Positions 1-7,812 of a stretch of 64,000 nucleotides of DNA are shown here, piece by piece. Position numbers and translations under genes: made by a program. Each line of letters starts with the position of its first letter. Position 1 is the stretch's first letter. The stretch spans positions 36,579 to 100,578 of the forward strand of contig CAVUDI010000002.1 of NCBI GenBank assembly GCA_963740145.1. The letters are read 5' to 3'. The notes beneath the pieces are model-generated. The model did no database searches, was not told the origin of the DNA, and saw only the letters and a program-made list of their open reading frames with translations. Source of the stretch: an uncultured Actinomycetes bacterium. GTDB taxonomy: Bacteria; Actinomycetota; Thermoleophilia; Solirubrobacterales; 70-9.

Positions 1-795
1 TTCCTGCTCGAAGCGAGCATCGTCCCCGGTACCCAGATTCCACTCGTCGCAGAAACGATCGAGCGCGTCGTCCAGTTCCTCCTCCCGTCCGTCGCGACTC
101 GCGTTGTTGCGCGCGGCAATGGTGGGCCCGTACTTCGCCTTGAAGTGCTCCCCGTAGTCGCGGGGATGCTCGAAGGCCGTGATTTCGAGGACGTCACGCT
201 CGAGTGTCCGGAAGTCGAGGCGACCTCCGAAGAGTTGCTTGACGTGCTCCTCGCTACCCCAGAGCGGCGGGGGCTGAGCGCCGGGCGGAGGCGGCGGTGC
301 GAACGGTCCCATCGTCTTGAAGAGGGCTCCGATCATGCCTTCCGGCGTCCAGTTCAACATCCCGATCGTCCCACCAGGGCGGCAGACACGGACCATCTCG
401 TCAGCGACATCTTGGTGGCGGGGAGCGAACATCGCCCCAATCGATGACATGACGACGTCGTACGACTCGTCCCCGAAGGGGAGACTCTCAGCATCTGCTT
501 CGACCCACTCGAGCTCGACCCCCTCGGTCTCAGCCCGCCGGCGTCCAGCGTCAAACAGCTCCGGGGTCAGATCGCTTGCGGTTACATTCGCGGCTGCCTT
601 CGCCGCGGGGATTGATGCATTGCCGGTTCCGGCAGCGACGTCGAGGACGTTCATTCCCGGTCCGATGCCGCAAGCCTCTACCAGCCTGGGACCCAGCGGC
701 AGCAGGAACGTCTCCACCATGGAGGGATAGTCACCGGAGGCCCACATCGCCCGGTGGCGTGCCTTGAGCTCGGAATCCGCAGCGCTGGATGACAT
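1..795 (-). CDS. class I SAM-dependent methyltransferase; the 3' end runs off the window start
   Basis: My minus-strand translation from the ATG (complement of 793-795) gives MSSSAADSELKARHRAMWASGDYPSMVETF...MNVLDVAAGTGNASIPAAKAAANVTASDLTPELFDAGRRRAETEGVELEWVEADAESLPFGDESYDVVMSSIGAMF...CRPGGTIGMLNWTPEG. It has AdoMet motif I (LDVAAGTG) and a GGGAGGA SD upstream. The frame is open to base 1, so it is absent from the ORF track. Confidence 0.85.
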   Translation of the reverse strand, partial: MSSSAADSELKARHRAMWASGDYPSMVETFLLPLGPRLVEACGIGPGMNVLDVAAGTGNASIPAAKAAANVTASDLTPELFDAGRRRAETEGVELEWVEADAESLPFGDESYDVVMSSIGAMFAPRHQDVADEMVRVCRPGGTIGMLNWTPEGMIGALFKTMGPFAPPPPPGAQPPPLWGSEEHVKQLFGGRLDFRTLERDVLEITAFEHPRDYGEHFKAKYGPTIAARNNASRDGREEELDDALDRFCDEWNLGTGDDARFEQE

Positions 796-1004
796 AGATC
801 CTCCCGTCGAGTTGGCTGCCGCACCCTAACCGGCCGGGCCGCGAAGTCCAAGCCGAGGTGGCAAAGGTCGTGCCGAGAATGTTGATGGTCGCTTCCACGC
901 GCAGAGGGGAAGCCTCTGGAGAGCCCGGGCTGCCATGAGTACGGCAGGTTCCTATCAATCAGCCTGCCTCCCCTAGTGGTGCCGGCGCTGCCTGGCCATC
1001 GGGG

Positions 1005-1046
1005 GGGTGCCCGTTAGGGCTGGCGCTACCGGCCTTCCTAGTAGAG
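1005..1046 (+). repeat. left copy of a ~42-bp imperfect direct repeat flanking the 1186-1809 gene
   Basis: GGGTGCCCGTTAGGGCTGGCGCTACCGGCCTT... matches GGGTTCCCGTCAGGGCTGGCGCTGCTGCCCTT... at 2000-2042. By hand count this is 32/42 identical, with a 23-nt core carrying 2 mismatches. Confidence 0.4.
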
Positions 1047-1185
1047 CTCGCCTAGCTACTTCCCTCTGCATTTCGTCCTAAGGTCGTCAAGCCGGACCGG
1101 CTGCAGCACCTGCTGCGCGCCGCGCTACAGTGAGCGGGTCAACGGCGGCGGCGAAGCAGAGCGGCGACGCCCCGGGGAAGGTGCA

Positions 1186-1809
1186 ATGTCTGACAATAAG
1201 GAGCGGCCGGAGAGCGTCCCAGGGAAGGGACCCTCAGAGAGTGACCCAGAGCTGGTCGGCCGGGAGCCTGATCAGACGACCTCGGATACGGATCAGACGC
1301 ACTCCGATGCCGACCAGACGGCGTCGGATGCCGACCAGACGACGTCAGAGCGCGATCAAAGGACCGCCGAGGCGGATCAAACTGCTTCGGACCGGGATCA
1401 GACAGCCTCGGACCGAGACCTGGCCGCGCACAGTCGGACCGACGTGGCGTTTCGGCGGGTACACGAAGCATCCCGAGCGCAGCGCGAGGAGGGCAGCGCC
1501 GAGCGCGAGACGACTAGCGAGCTTCGAGCGCAGACCATGTCCCAGCGCGCCGAAAACGCCAGCCGACGCGATGACAACGCTGCCCTGAGGGATGCCACGG
1601 CGCAGGCGCGTGACTTCGCTGCGGAGGCTCGCGACCACGCCGCGGCGGCGCTGGAGAACGCCATGGGCGGGGAGCATGCGGATCTCGTCCACACCCGGGC
1701 TGAAGCCGCAGCCGACCGTGCCCGCGCAGCGGAGGACCGTGCCCGCGCAGCGGAGGACCGCCACCAAGCGGCACTGGATCGCCAGCAGGCGCAAGCCGAG
1801 CTCGAGTGA
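1186..1809 (+). CDS. acidic repeat-rich coiled-coil-like hypothetical protein
   Basis: 207-aa track ORF with a GGAAGG SD about 5 nt upstream. It is rich in D/E/A/R/T. It contains 7 in-frame 21-bp repeats (DQT.SD.) and an exact 2 x 21-bp duplication at 1714-1755 (DRARAAE). I recognise no domain. Confidence 0.6.
   Translation: MSDNKERPESVPGKGPSESDPELVGREPDQTTSDTDQTHSDADQTASDADQTTSERDQRTAEADQTASDRDQTASDRDLAAHSRTDVAFRRVHEASRAQREEGSAERETTSELRAQTMSQRAENASRRDDNAALRDATAQARDFAAEARDHAAAALENAMGGEHADLVHTRAEAAADRARAAEDRARAAEDRHQAALDRQQAQAELE
1270..1416 (+). repeat. 7 tandem 21-bp in-frame repeats (GAYCARAC..TCGGAY...)
   Basis: Read directly: gatcagacgacctcggatacg / gatcagacgcactccgatgcc / gaccagacggcgtcggatgcc / gaccagacgacgtcagagcgc / gatcaaaggaccgccgaggcg / gatcaaactgcttcggaccgg / gatcagacagcctcggaccga. 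Confidence 0.9.
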
Positions 1810-1999
1810 GCTGGACGCTCCCTTCGGCCGTAAAGCCAGGACTGCAGGAGCGCGTCACGCTCCCCCAGATAAACCGCGCCCGTCTATGCGGACAGCCCTT
1901 CGGCCTCGTGACCAAGCTGCCGTGCTACGGGTTGTCGATGCGGTCTGCTTTCCATGCAAAGCGGAGCCCTCGAAGAGCCCGGACTGCCAAGAGTTAGGC

Positions 2000-2042
2000 G
2001 GGTTCCCGTCAGGGCTGGCGCTGCTGCCCTTGCTCGTGGGAC
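2000..2042 (+). repeat. right copy of the ~42-bp imperfect direct repeat
   Basis: See 1005-1046. Confidence 0.4.
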
Positions 2043-2080
2043 TTCCAGCCGCTAGAGGCGTGCAGCGAAACTCGTCGCGC

Positions 2081-2119
2081 CTACCCCCGCAGCCCGGCGG
2101 CTTCGAGCTTGCTTTGCCT
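2081..2119 (-). pseudogene. orphan 3' stub of a SnoaL/NTF2-like gene (..KLEAAGLRG*)
   Basis: ctacccccgcagcccggcggcttcgag matches the 3' ends of the intact paralogs at 2822 and 3570 (ctactcccgcagccc(a/g)gcggcttcgag, encoding LEAAGLRE*). The stub is in frame with, and directly after, the stop of the 2120-2656 gene. Confidence 0.45.
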
Positions 2120-2656
2120 CTAGCACACCACCACCAAACGGAACGGCTTGTTGGCCGACGTACCATCACTGTTCCAGGTGACCACGCTCACGGACTCCGC
2201 GTTGCCGGGGGTATCCGTGAGGGAGACCTCCCCGGGCGGCAGGATGGAGCCTGTCGAGGGACCGAGCGTCGCCACGGCGGTGCACGCAGCGACGTTGCGC
2301 GCGAAATCGACGTCGTAGCTGCCCGACCCGTGGCTGACCGTGGTCACGCCCCCGCCGCTCGAATTGGCGAGCGTACCGCTGCTGTTTACCTCGGCGAACA
2401 GCACCCCGACGTCCTGGTTGGTGAGGCTGAAGTCCGCGATGTCGGCACCGCCGATGCTGCCATTGACGACGTCGGACCCGTTGACCGCGTTGGCGGCCAC
2501 GTCGGGTGCCGTCACCTGGGAGCCGGGTCCGAGGTCGTCGGACTGCACGGTGTTCGAGCCACTCAAGGCGACGGCGGTACCTCCGCTGATGGCGACGAAG
2601 AGCGCAATCAGAGACACGACGTTGGCGAAGCTGAGGTGCCGGCGGATACGGCGCAT
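2120..2656 (-). CDS. secreted or membrane-anchored hypothetical protein (N-terminal signal anchor, Gly/Ser/Thr/Asn-rich)
   Basis: 178-aa track ORF with a strong AAGGGAGGA SD. The N-terminus MRRIRRHLSFANVVSLIALFVAISGGTAVA is shared with the broken paralog at 40586-41296. Confidence 0.75.
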   Translation of the reverse strand: MRRIRRHLSFANVVSLIALFVAISGGTAVALSGSNTVQSDDLGPGSQVTAPDVAANAVNGSDVVNGSIGGADIADFSLTNQDVGVLFAEVNSSGTLANSSGGGVTTVSHGSGSYDVDFARNVAACTAVATLGPSTGSILPPGEVSLTDTPGNAESVSVVTWNSDGTSANKPFRLVVVC

Positions 2657-2821
2657 GGTTCCTCCCTTGGTAGACCGAGGGGCGAGCCTATTCGGTGCCA
2701 GCTAGCGAGGTCTGTGCGATCCGCACACTGGACGGGGCGGGGGGCAACCCGATTCGCCGCTCGCTCTCTGACCGCCGAGGTGGGCGTCTCCGGTTCCGTA
2801 CGGGATGGGAGACCGGCTGGC

Positions 2822-3223
2822 CTACTCCCGCAGCCCAGCGGCTTCGAGGGCTTCCTGCTGGCTGCTGAAGCTCTGAAAGCCCACGATCCTGCCGTTGCGC
2901 AGTTCAGCGATCCATGCCACTGCCGCGTCGAGGGCGATGCCGCTGCCTGGGCCCCGAGCGAAGGCCCGTCCCAACACGATGATCTCTCCGTCGAGTTCTC
3001 GGAACTCCTCGGGCGTTATCCGAAACTCTGCCCAAGCCGCATCAACATCGGCCCAAAACTGCCTCATCCCCTCCCACCCGTGGTAGACGACTCCTTCGGG
3101 TCCGCCGACGATCGCGGGGCGAATCTCCACGCCTGGGTCGAGAACGCTGGCTGCGGCTTCGAAATCTCTATCGGCGAAAGCCGCGAACAGGATCCTGACC
3201 GCCTCCACGTTCTCCTGCGACAT
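2822..3223 (-). CDS. SnoaL-like / NTF2-family protein (MSQENVE...EALEAAGLRE type)
   Basis: 133 aa with the typical N-terminus MSQENVEAVRILFAAF..DFEAA. It carries the conserved 19-nt leader GCGAGATACTGCGCGGCG directly before the ATG. Confidence 0.85.
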   Translation of the reverse strand: MSQENVEAVRILFAAFADRDFEAAASVLDPGVEIRPAIVGGPEGVVYHGWEGMRQFWADVDAAWAEFRITPEEFRELDGEIIVLGRAFARGPGSGIALDAAVAWIAELRNGRIVGFQSFSSQQEALEAAGLRE

Positions 3224-3253
3224 CGCCGCGCAGTATCTCGCGCTTGGACCGTC

Positions 3254-3472
3254 CTACTCGGCCAAACACTGCTGCCAGGCGGGCCAAATGCGGTCGAGCA
3301 GCTCGGCGGCCACGGCCTCAATCTCCTCGCCCTCCTCAAGCCAGAGGTCGAATACGAGCCAGTCGCGCTGGAGGTCCACACGGATGGCTCGTGATCGCAA
3401 CTGCGCGACGGCCTCTTGCGCCTGCCCGGCACAGCTCGGAATCACCCTGCGTCGCCACTGGGCTCGCGGCAT
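3254..3472 (-). CDS. small hypothetical protein (uncertain)
   Basis: The track ORF is 3254-3499. The C-terminal half (DWLVFDLWLEEGEEIEAVAAELLDRIWPAWQQCLAE) has G/C-rich third codon positions. The start is unclear (GTG 3499 or ATG 3472). No homology recognised. Confidence 0.3.
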   Translation of the reverse strand: MPRAQWRRRVIPSCAGQAQEAVAQLRSRAIRVDLQRDWLVFDLWLEEGEEIEAVAAELLDRIWPAWQQCLAE

Positions 3473-3569
3473 GTCCTTCTTATACCCCCGGTGGCTCACG
3501 GCGCGCGCAGATCGGCGAACACGGGACAGTTGTGCGCGACAACGAGGTCGGGAGCGGGTGGTGAGCGCC

Positions 3570-3971
3570 CTACTCCCGCAGCCCGGCGGCTTCGAGGGCG
3601 TCCTGCTTCGTTTGGTAGAGCGTGAGCGAGGTCGTCTCGCCGTCCCGAACCCTAATCAGCAACGCGCTTCGAGCCTGAACCTCGATGCCGTCTCGCCCTC
3701 GAAGGTAGGCGACGTTCTCCACGAGAAACAGACCCTCCTCGACCTCCAGCGGGTCATCGATCTCGAACCGAACTTCGTCGAATGCGTCGAGGAACAGCTG
3801 CCAGAACGCCCGGATCTCGCCGTGCCCTCGGAAGACGCCAGCATCGAAGCCACGGGAGCGGGACCAGTCCAACACGGCGTCGGGTGCCCAGTGCTCCAAG
3901 ATCCCGTCGAGGTCACGGTGGTTATACGCGGCGAAACCGCGTCGCACCCTCTCCACGTCCTCCTGCGACAT
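3570..3971 (-). CDS. SnoaL-like / NTF2-family protein
   Basis: Start taken at MSQEDVERVRRGFAAYNHRDLDG (ATG complement at 3969-3971); the track ORF extends to 4037. It ends QDALEAAGLRE. The 19-nt leader lies at 3972-3990. Confidence 0.85.
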   Translation of the reverse strand: MSQEDVERVRRGFAAYNHRDLDGILEHWAPDAVLDWSRSRGFDAGVFRGHGEIRAFWQLFLDAFDEVRFEIDDPLEVEEGLFLVENVAYLRGRDGIEVQARSALLIRVRDGETTSLTLYQTKQDALEAAGLRE

Positions 3972-4094
3972 CGCCCGCGCAGTATCTCGCGCAGGTGGTA
4001 CCGCGATGCGGAAGGGCCAGCCGGATGCGCGGTGCACGCTGACCGACTCGCCGCTCTAGCTTGGCTACCGAATTCTCTGAGGGGTCGGCATCGG

Positions 4095-4265
4095 TGCGGC
4101 TGTCTTGAGTGTCGCCACTGCACAGCGGGAGGGATCGACACCTTGGCCACCCAGGTGGATCACATCGCGATCACTTTCGACCGCTACGGCCACCTGATAC
4201 CCGGCGCCGAAGCCGAGGCTCGCGACCGGCTCAATGCCTACCTAGACCCCGAGCCCTTGCCATGA
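4095..4265 (+). pseudogene. C-terminal stub of a tyrosine recombinase/integrase
   Basis: ..ECRHCTAGGIDTLATQVDHIAITFDRYGHLIPGAEAEARDRLNAYLDPEPLP* resembles the box II region (H.LRH...ITLDRYGHL) of phage-type integrases. No upstream catalytic core is present. Confidence 0.6.
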
Positions 4266-4328
4266 CCGTTGCCACGAGCAGGACGAGGCACCGATTTGCA
4301 GGGGATTCTCCCTGGAGCACGCGACCTT

Positions 4329-4385
4329 CTACACCGAGTTCGACGGCCGCCGTGCCAAGCGGCTGGTCATCAAAGTGCTCGGCGA
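4329..4385 (+). repeat. left copy of a 57-bp direct repeat (encodes ..YTEFDGRRAKRLVIKVLGE*)
   Basis: 51/57 identical by hand count to 7756-7812. The first 23 nt are identical (ctacaccgagttcgacggccgcc). Confidence 0.8.
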
Positions 4386-4433
4386 GTAGGTCCCTGTGAC
4401 AAGGGGAAATAAGCGGAGGCGGGAGGTGGCCAT

Positions 4434-6119
4434 CTAGTGCCGGGTCACCGTTTCACAGCCGCTCACGGAGGAATCCCTCGGCAGCAGATCGAGGTCGGCC
4501 TTGTCGGCACCTCCCGAGGCGCTGCCGCCGTCGCAGTCGATCGTCGTGTCGGAGCTCAGGTCGCGGGCACGAAGCTCGTCGTTTCCGTTCATTCCCTTGA
4601 ACTCATCCGCGCCCGTTGACCCGATCAGGGTGTCGCTTGCAGGGCCGCCCGTCAGGAGGTCATTCGCGCCTCCCCCGTTGAGCAAGCTCTTGAGCGGGGC
4701 GAAGTTGGTCACCTGGTCGTCCTGATCGGCGGAGCTGACCTGGATCAGCGTGATCCCCGAGGCCGAGCACTCGGCGGCGTTGGAGCCGACCCGCGTGCAG
4801 CCTGCCCCGGTGTGGACGCCGGAGCCCGTGTAGGCGCCGCTCGGGAAGTCGGTCACCCGCAGGGTCGAGGCCGAGGGCCTTCTGATCGCGAGGTTGTCCT
4901 TGGCGCCCAGCGCCGCGGTGACCACCAGGGTCGAGCCCGAGACCTTGACCTCGGCGGTGCGGACCGTGAAGGCGCGGCTGGCCGGCGTCGGGTCGACGTT
5001 GCCGACCGCATCCAAGGCACGCACGTAGAAGGTGTGCGAGCCGTCGGCGAGCTGCGCAGTCGTGTTCGGCGAGCTGCACGCTCCGTAGGAGCCCGAGTCG
5101 ATCTTGCACTCGAAGCTCGAGCCTCCCTCCGATGAGGAGAAGCTGAAGCTCGGCGTCGGGTCGTTGGTCGGGCCCGCCGGGCCGGAGGTGATCGTCGTCT
5201 CCGGGGGCACGGACTCCAGGTGCATCTCGTACAGGAGCCCGTCGTTTTCGTCCGGGAAGGCGTTGTTGTCCAGGTGGCGGTCAACGATCCAGTAGTTCAT
5301 CGTCGCCGGATCGTCATTCGGATTGGACGAAGGAGCCATGGTCACGTCCGCCACCACCGCGCGGCTGGTCGGGATCGCCGCCATGCTCAAGACGCGGAAC
5401 AGGGCGCCACCCTTTCCGACCTCGTAGATGTTGTCGGGCGTCGAGGGATCCACACAGAGCAGCCTGCCGAGGGCCGGATTGATCCCCAGGCCCTCGCAGT
5501 CGCCGGCTCCGTACTGGGCGAGATCGAAGTGGGTGACGATGTCGTTTGCATCCCCGAACACGCCGTTGACCGGGTTGACGTCGTAGATCTCCACCCCGAG
5601 GCCGTCGCTGACGAACACGTGGTTCGTCGCCGCGTCATAGGCGACCCCTTCGGGATCGTCGCTCCCAAAGGTCGAGGTGCGGAAGTTGCTCCTGGTGTCG
5701 TCGGCTGTCCCGTAGACGCCGTCGGACCCGACCGAGACGATGAACACCCTGTCCTTATCGTCGTCAGCGATGAACAGCCTGCCGTTCGCTGTGTCGATCC
5801 CCAGGTCGGAGGGCTCCTGGGAGTAGGCATTTACGTCCCCGGTGCCCACTCCGGAGCCCGTGCGCGTTCCCGTGAACAGATTGAAGCCCTGAAAAAGCGG
5901 CATCTCGTTGACCTCGGAGTCGCTGATCAGCAGCCTGTCCTGCGCCGGCATGTAGGCGATCCCCGCGGGGTCGGGGCTCGGAGGGGTATAAGCGGAGGTG
6001 GCGATCGTCTGGACGAGGCTCGGAGTCGCATTAATGGCGGCCGAAGCCGAGGATGCAGACAAAATCAGCGCACCGCATGCCGCCAGCACGACGACCGACG
6101 CCCTTCCTGTCCTCCCCAT
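4434..6119 (-). CDS. secreted multidomain protein: SdiA-regulated/beta-propeller-like region, Ig-like domain, C-terminal hemolysin-type Ca-binding repeats
   Basis: Start taken at MGRTGRASVVVLAACGALILSASSASA (signal peptide, GGGGGAGTGAGGA SD); the track ORF extends to 6167. Other motifs: YTPPSPDPAGIAYMPAQDRLLISDSE; PPETTITSGPAGPTNDPTPSFSFSSSEGGSSFECKIDSG; GGGANDLLTGGPASDTLIGSTGADEFKGMNGND. Confidence 0.8.
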   Translation of the reverse strand: MGRTGRASVVVLAACGALILSASSASAAINATPSLVQTIATSAYTPPSPDPAGIAYMPAQDRLLISDSEVNEMPLFQGFNLFTGTRTGSGVGTGDVNAYSQEPSDLGIDTANGRLFIADDDKDRVFIVSVGSDGVYGTADDTRSNFRTSTFGSDDPEGVAYDAATNHVFVSDGLGVEIYDVNPVNGVFGDANDIVTHFDLAQYGAGDCEGLGINPALGRLLCVDPSTPDNIYEVGKGGALFRVLSMAAIPTSRAVVADVTMAPSSNPNDDPATMNYWIVDRHLDNNAFPDENDGLLYEMHLESVPPETTITSGPAGPTNDPTPSFSFSSSEGGSSFECKIDSGSYGACSSPNTTAQLADGSHTFYVRALDAVGNVDPTPASRAFTVRTAEVKVSGSTLVVTAALGAKDNLAIRRPSASTLRVTDFPSGAYTGSGVHTGAGCTRVGSNAAECSASGITLIQVSSADQDDQVTNFAPLKSLLNGGGANDLLTGGPASDTLIGSTGADEFKGMNGNDELRARDLSSDTTIDCDGGSASGGADKADLDLLPRDSSVSGCETVTRH

Positions 6120-6241
6120 GATCCTCACTCCCCCTTGTGTCGTGGCACCCCGGAAGCCGCTGGTCAACGGCCCGTATGGGATGAGTGTACATGGGCCTGA
6201 GTCACTCCGCGCCGGAGAACTGGTCCGGCGCCGCGCGTTTC

Positions 6242-7546
6242 TCAGCGGAGTTGGAGCCGGAACCCGTCGATATAGAAGTCGACGGTCTGATCGCCGTAGC
6301 TACCCTGGCGGAACTTGACTCCGGTCGAGTCGCCCGTCTGGACGTCTGCGGTGGTCGGGGCGAGGCGCTGTGCGTAGGGATCGGGGCCGGGTCCGTCTGG
6401 ATCGAGCCAGAACGCAACCTGGCCCTGATTCCCCATCCTGAACGCGACCCTGATCGCGAACCAGCGGCCGCGGGGGTAGGTGCCCACCGGATACCTCACG
6501 TTGTCGGCCGAGCACGAGGCCCGCACGGTGACCTCAAGCTCGGAGCCGGAGCGGTTCGAGATGCCGCCGTTCGCGCAGCCTCCCGCGCTTCCGTCCTGCT
6601 TGTGCTGGTTCATGAAGCCGAGGTGGCCCGAGGCCGCGGGCACGTAGAACAGCTCCTCGTAGACCACGTCGGGGTTCGGGATCTGCGAGAACGCGACCTC
6701 GGTGCGGTGCGAGCCCGAGCCCCAGAGATGCGCCGCGCAGACGCCCTGGCCGACGAGGCTACGCACGATCTCGCCGTTGCCCGGCCGGTCGGAGCCGATG
6801 TTGTCGGTGTGCCATCCGCTGTCGCCGCCGAACAACTGGCAGCCGGCGTCGAAGTCACCGTCCCGATCGGCCTGCGCGTCGGTTATCGAGGGATAGCCGC
6901 CGCCGTGACCGCCGCCGCCGTGACCGCCGCCGCCGTTGCCCCCTCCATGGCCACCCCCGCCGCCGTTTCCGCCTCCGCCCGTGTCGCCGCCCCGGAGCCG
7001 CCTCGTCCGCTCACAGCCCACGGTCGTGTCGCGCCGGTCGACGATGGCGACGTCAGCCCCCGGGCCGCAGCGCACCTTGTCGGGTCGGCCTTCCCACGAC
7101 AGCAGCCGGTCAGGCCCGGGGCCACCGCTGAGGCGATCCCGGCCCGCGCCGCCCTTGACGGTGTCGCCGCCGCCGCCTCCGTGCAGCACATCGCGGCTGC
7201 CGCCGCCCCTGACGGTGTCGCCGCCCGTGCCTCCCCCGACGTCGTCGCGATTTGCGCCGCCCCTGACGGTGTCGCCGCCGCCCCCGCCGCGGAGGCAGTC
7301 GCCGCCGGACTTGCCCTTGACCAGGTCGCCGCCGCCCCCCGCGTCGATCCGGTCCCGGCCCCGCGTGCCATTCAGGGTCTCGCTCGCGGCGGTCCCCTGC
7401 TCGCCGAGCCCGCAGCCGGTGGACGTGGCAGCCGCCGTCGACCAGGGCAGCACGGACTGGCCCCCGATCGTGATCGTGATCAGCATGGCCAAAGCGGCGA
7501 CGGTTGTCAGGATCAGGAACTTGAACATAGACACGACCCCACCCAT
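6242..7546 (-). CDS. secreted protein: N-terminal Ca-binding nonapeptide repeats, Gly/His-rich linker, C-terminal jelly-roll (polysaccharide-lyase/lectin-like) domain
   Basis: 434-aa track ORF. An alternative start at 7528 gives the signal peptide MFKFLILTTVAALAMLITITIGG. Repeats read GGGGDLVKGKSGGDCLRGGGGGDTVRGGANRDDVGGGTGGDTVRGG. The linker reads GGGGNGGGGGHGGGNGGGGHGGGGHGGG. The C-terminal fold assignment is tentative. Confidence 0.75.
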   Translation of the reverse strand: MGGVVSMFKFLILTTVAALAMLITITIGGQSVLPWSTAAATSTGCGLGEQGTAASETLNGTRGRDRIDAGGGGDLVKGKSGGDCLRGGGGGDTVRGGANRDDVGGGTGGDTVRGGGSRDVLHGGGGGDTVKGGAGRDRLSGGPGPDRLLSWEGRPDKVRCGPGADVAIVDRRDTTVGCERTRRLRGGDTGGGGNGGGGGHGGGNGGGGHGGGGHGGGYPSITDAQADRDGDFDAGCQLFGGDSGWHTDNIGSDRPGNGEIVRSLVGQGVCAAHLWGSGSHRTEVAFSQIPNPDVVYEELFYVPAASGHLGFMNQHKQDGSAGGCANGGISNRSGSELEVTVRASCSADNVRYPVGTYPRGRWFAIRVAFRMGNQGQVAFWLDPDGPGPDPYAQRLAPTTADVQTGDSTGVKFRQGSYGDQTVDFYIDGFRLQLR

Positions 7547-7755
7547 CCCTGGCGCGCGCTGCCGCCACTGCCCTGTGGCGGCGGGCTGTCAGGTCCAGGT
7601 TTTACCGTAGACGCCCCGTCGGACACAGTCCGGCCCCTCGCGACCCAGCGCCTCGACCTGTAGCGGAGTGGCGCACCTACTGGCGCGTCAGGGGTTTCGG
7701 ATGACCCCGCTTCCCGCTTTCCAGAGCGGTTTCGGCAGCCTTTCGGCGTCTGTCT

Positions 7756-7812
7756 CTACACCGAGTTCGACGGCCGCCGACCGAAGCGGCTGATCATCAA
7801 GGTGCTGGGCGA
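7756..7812 (+). repeat. right copy of the 57-bp direct repeat (..YTEFDGRRPKRLIIKVLGD..)
   Basis: See 4329-4385. It overlaps the last 16 nt of the DUF4389 gene on the other strand. Confidence 0.8.

Noticed and set aside
3288-4265. 325-aa plus-strand ORF spanning the SnoaL gene and the integrase stub as one protein
   Set aside because: Only its last ~55 codons resemble anything (the integrase box II region). The rest is antisense to the well-supported SnoaL-like gene 3570-3971 and has shadow-frame composition.
4434-7546. RTX-repeat proteins as substrates of a type I secretion system
   Set aside because: Both have N-terminal Sec-type signal peptides. In one of them the repeats are N-terminal rather than next to a C-terminal secretion signal. 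No ABC transporter, MFP or TolC-like genes are nearby.
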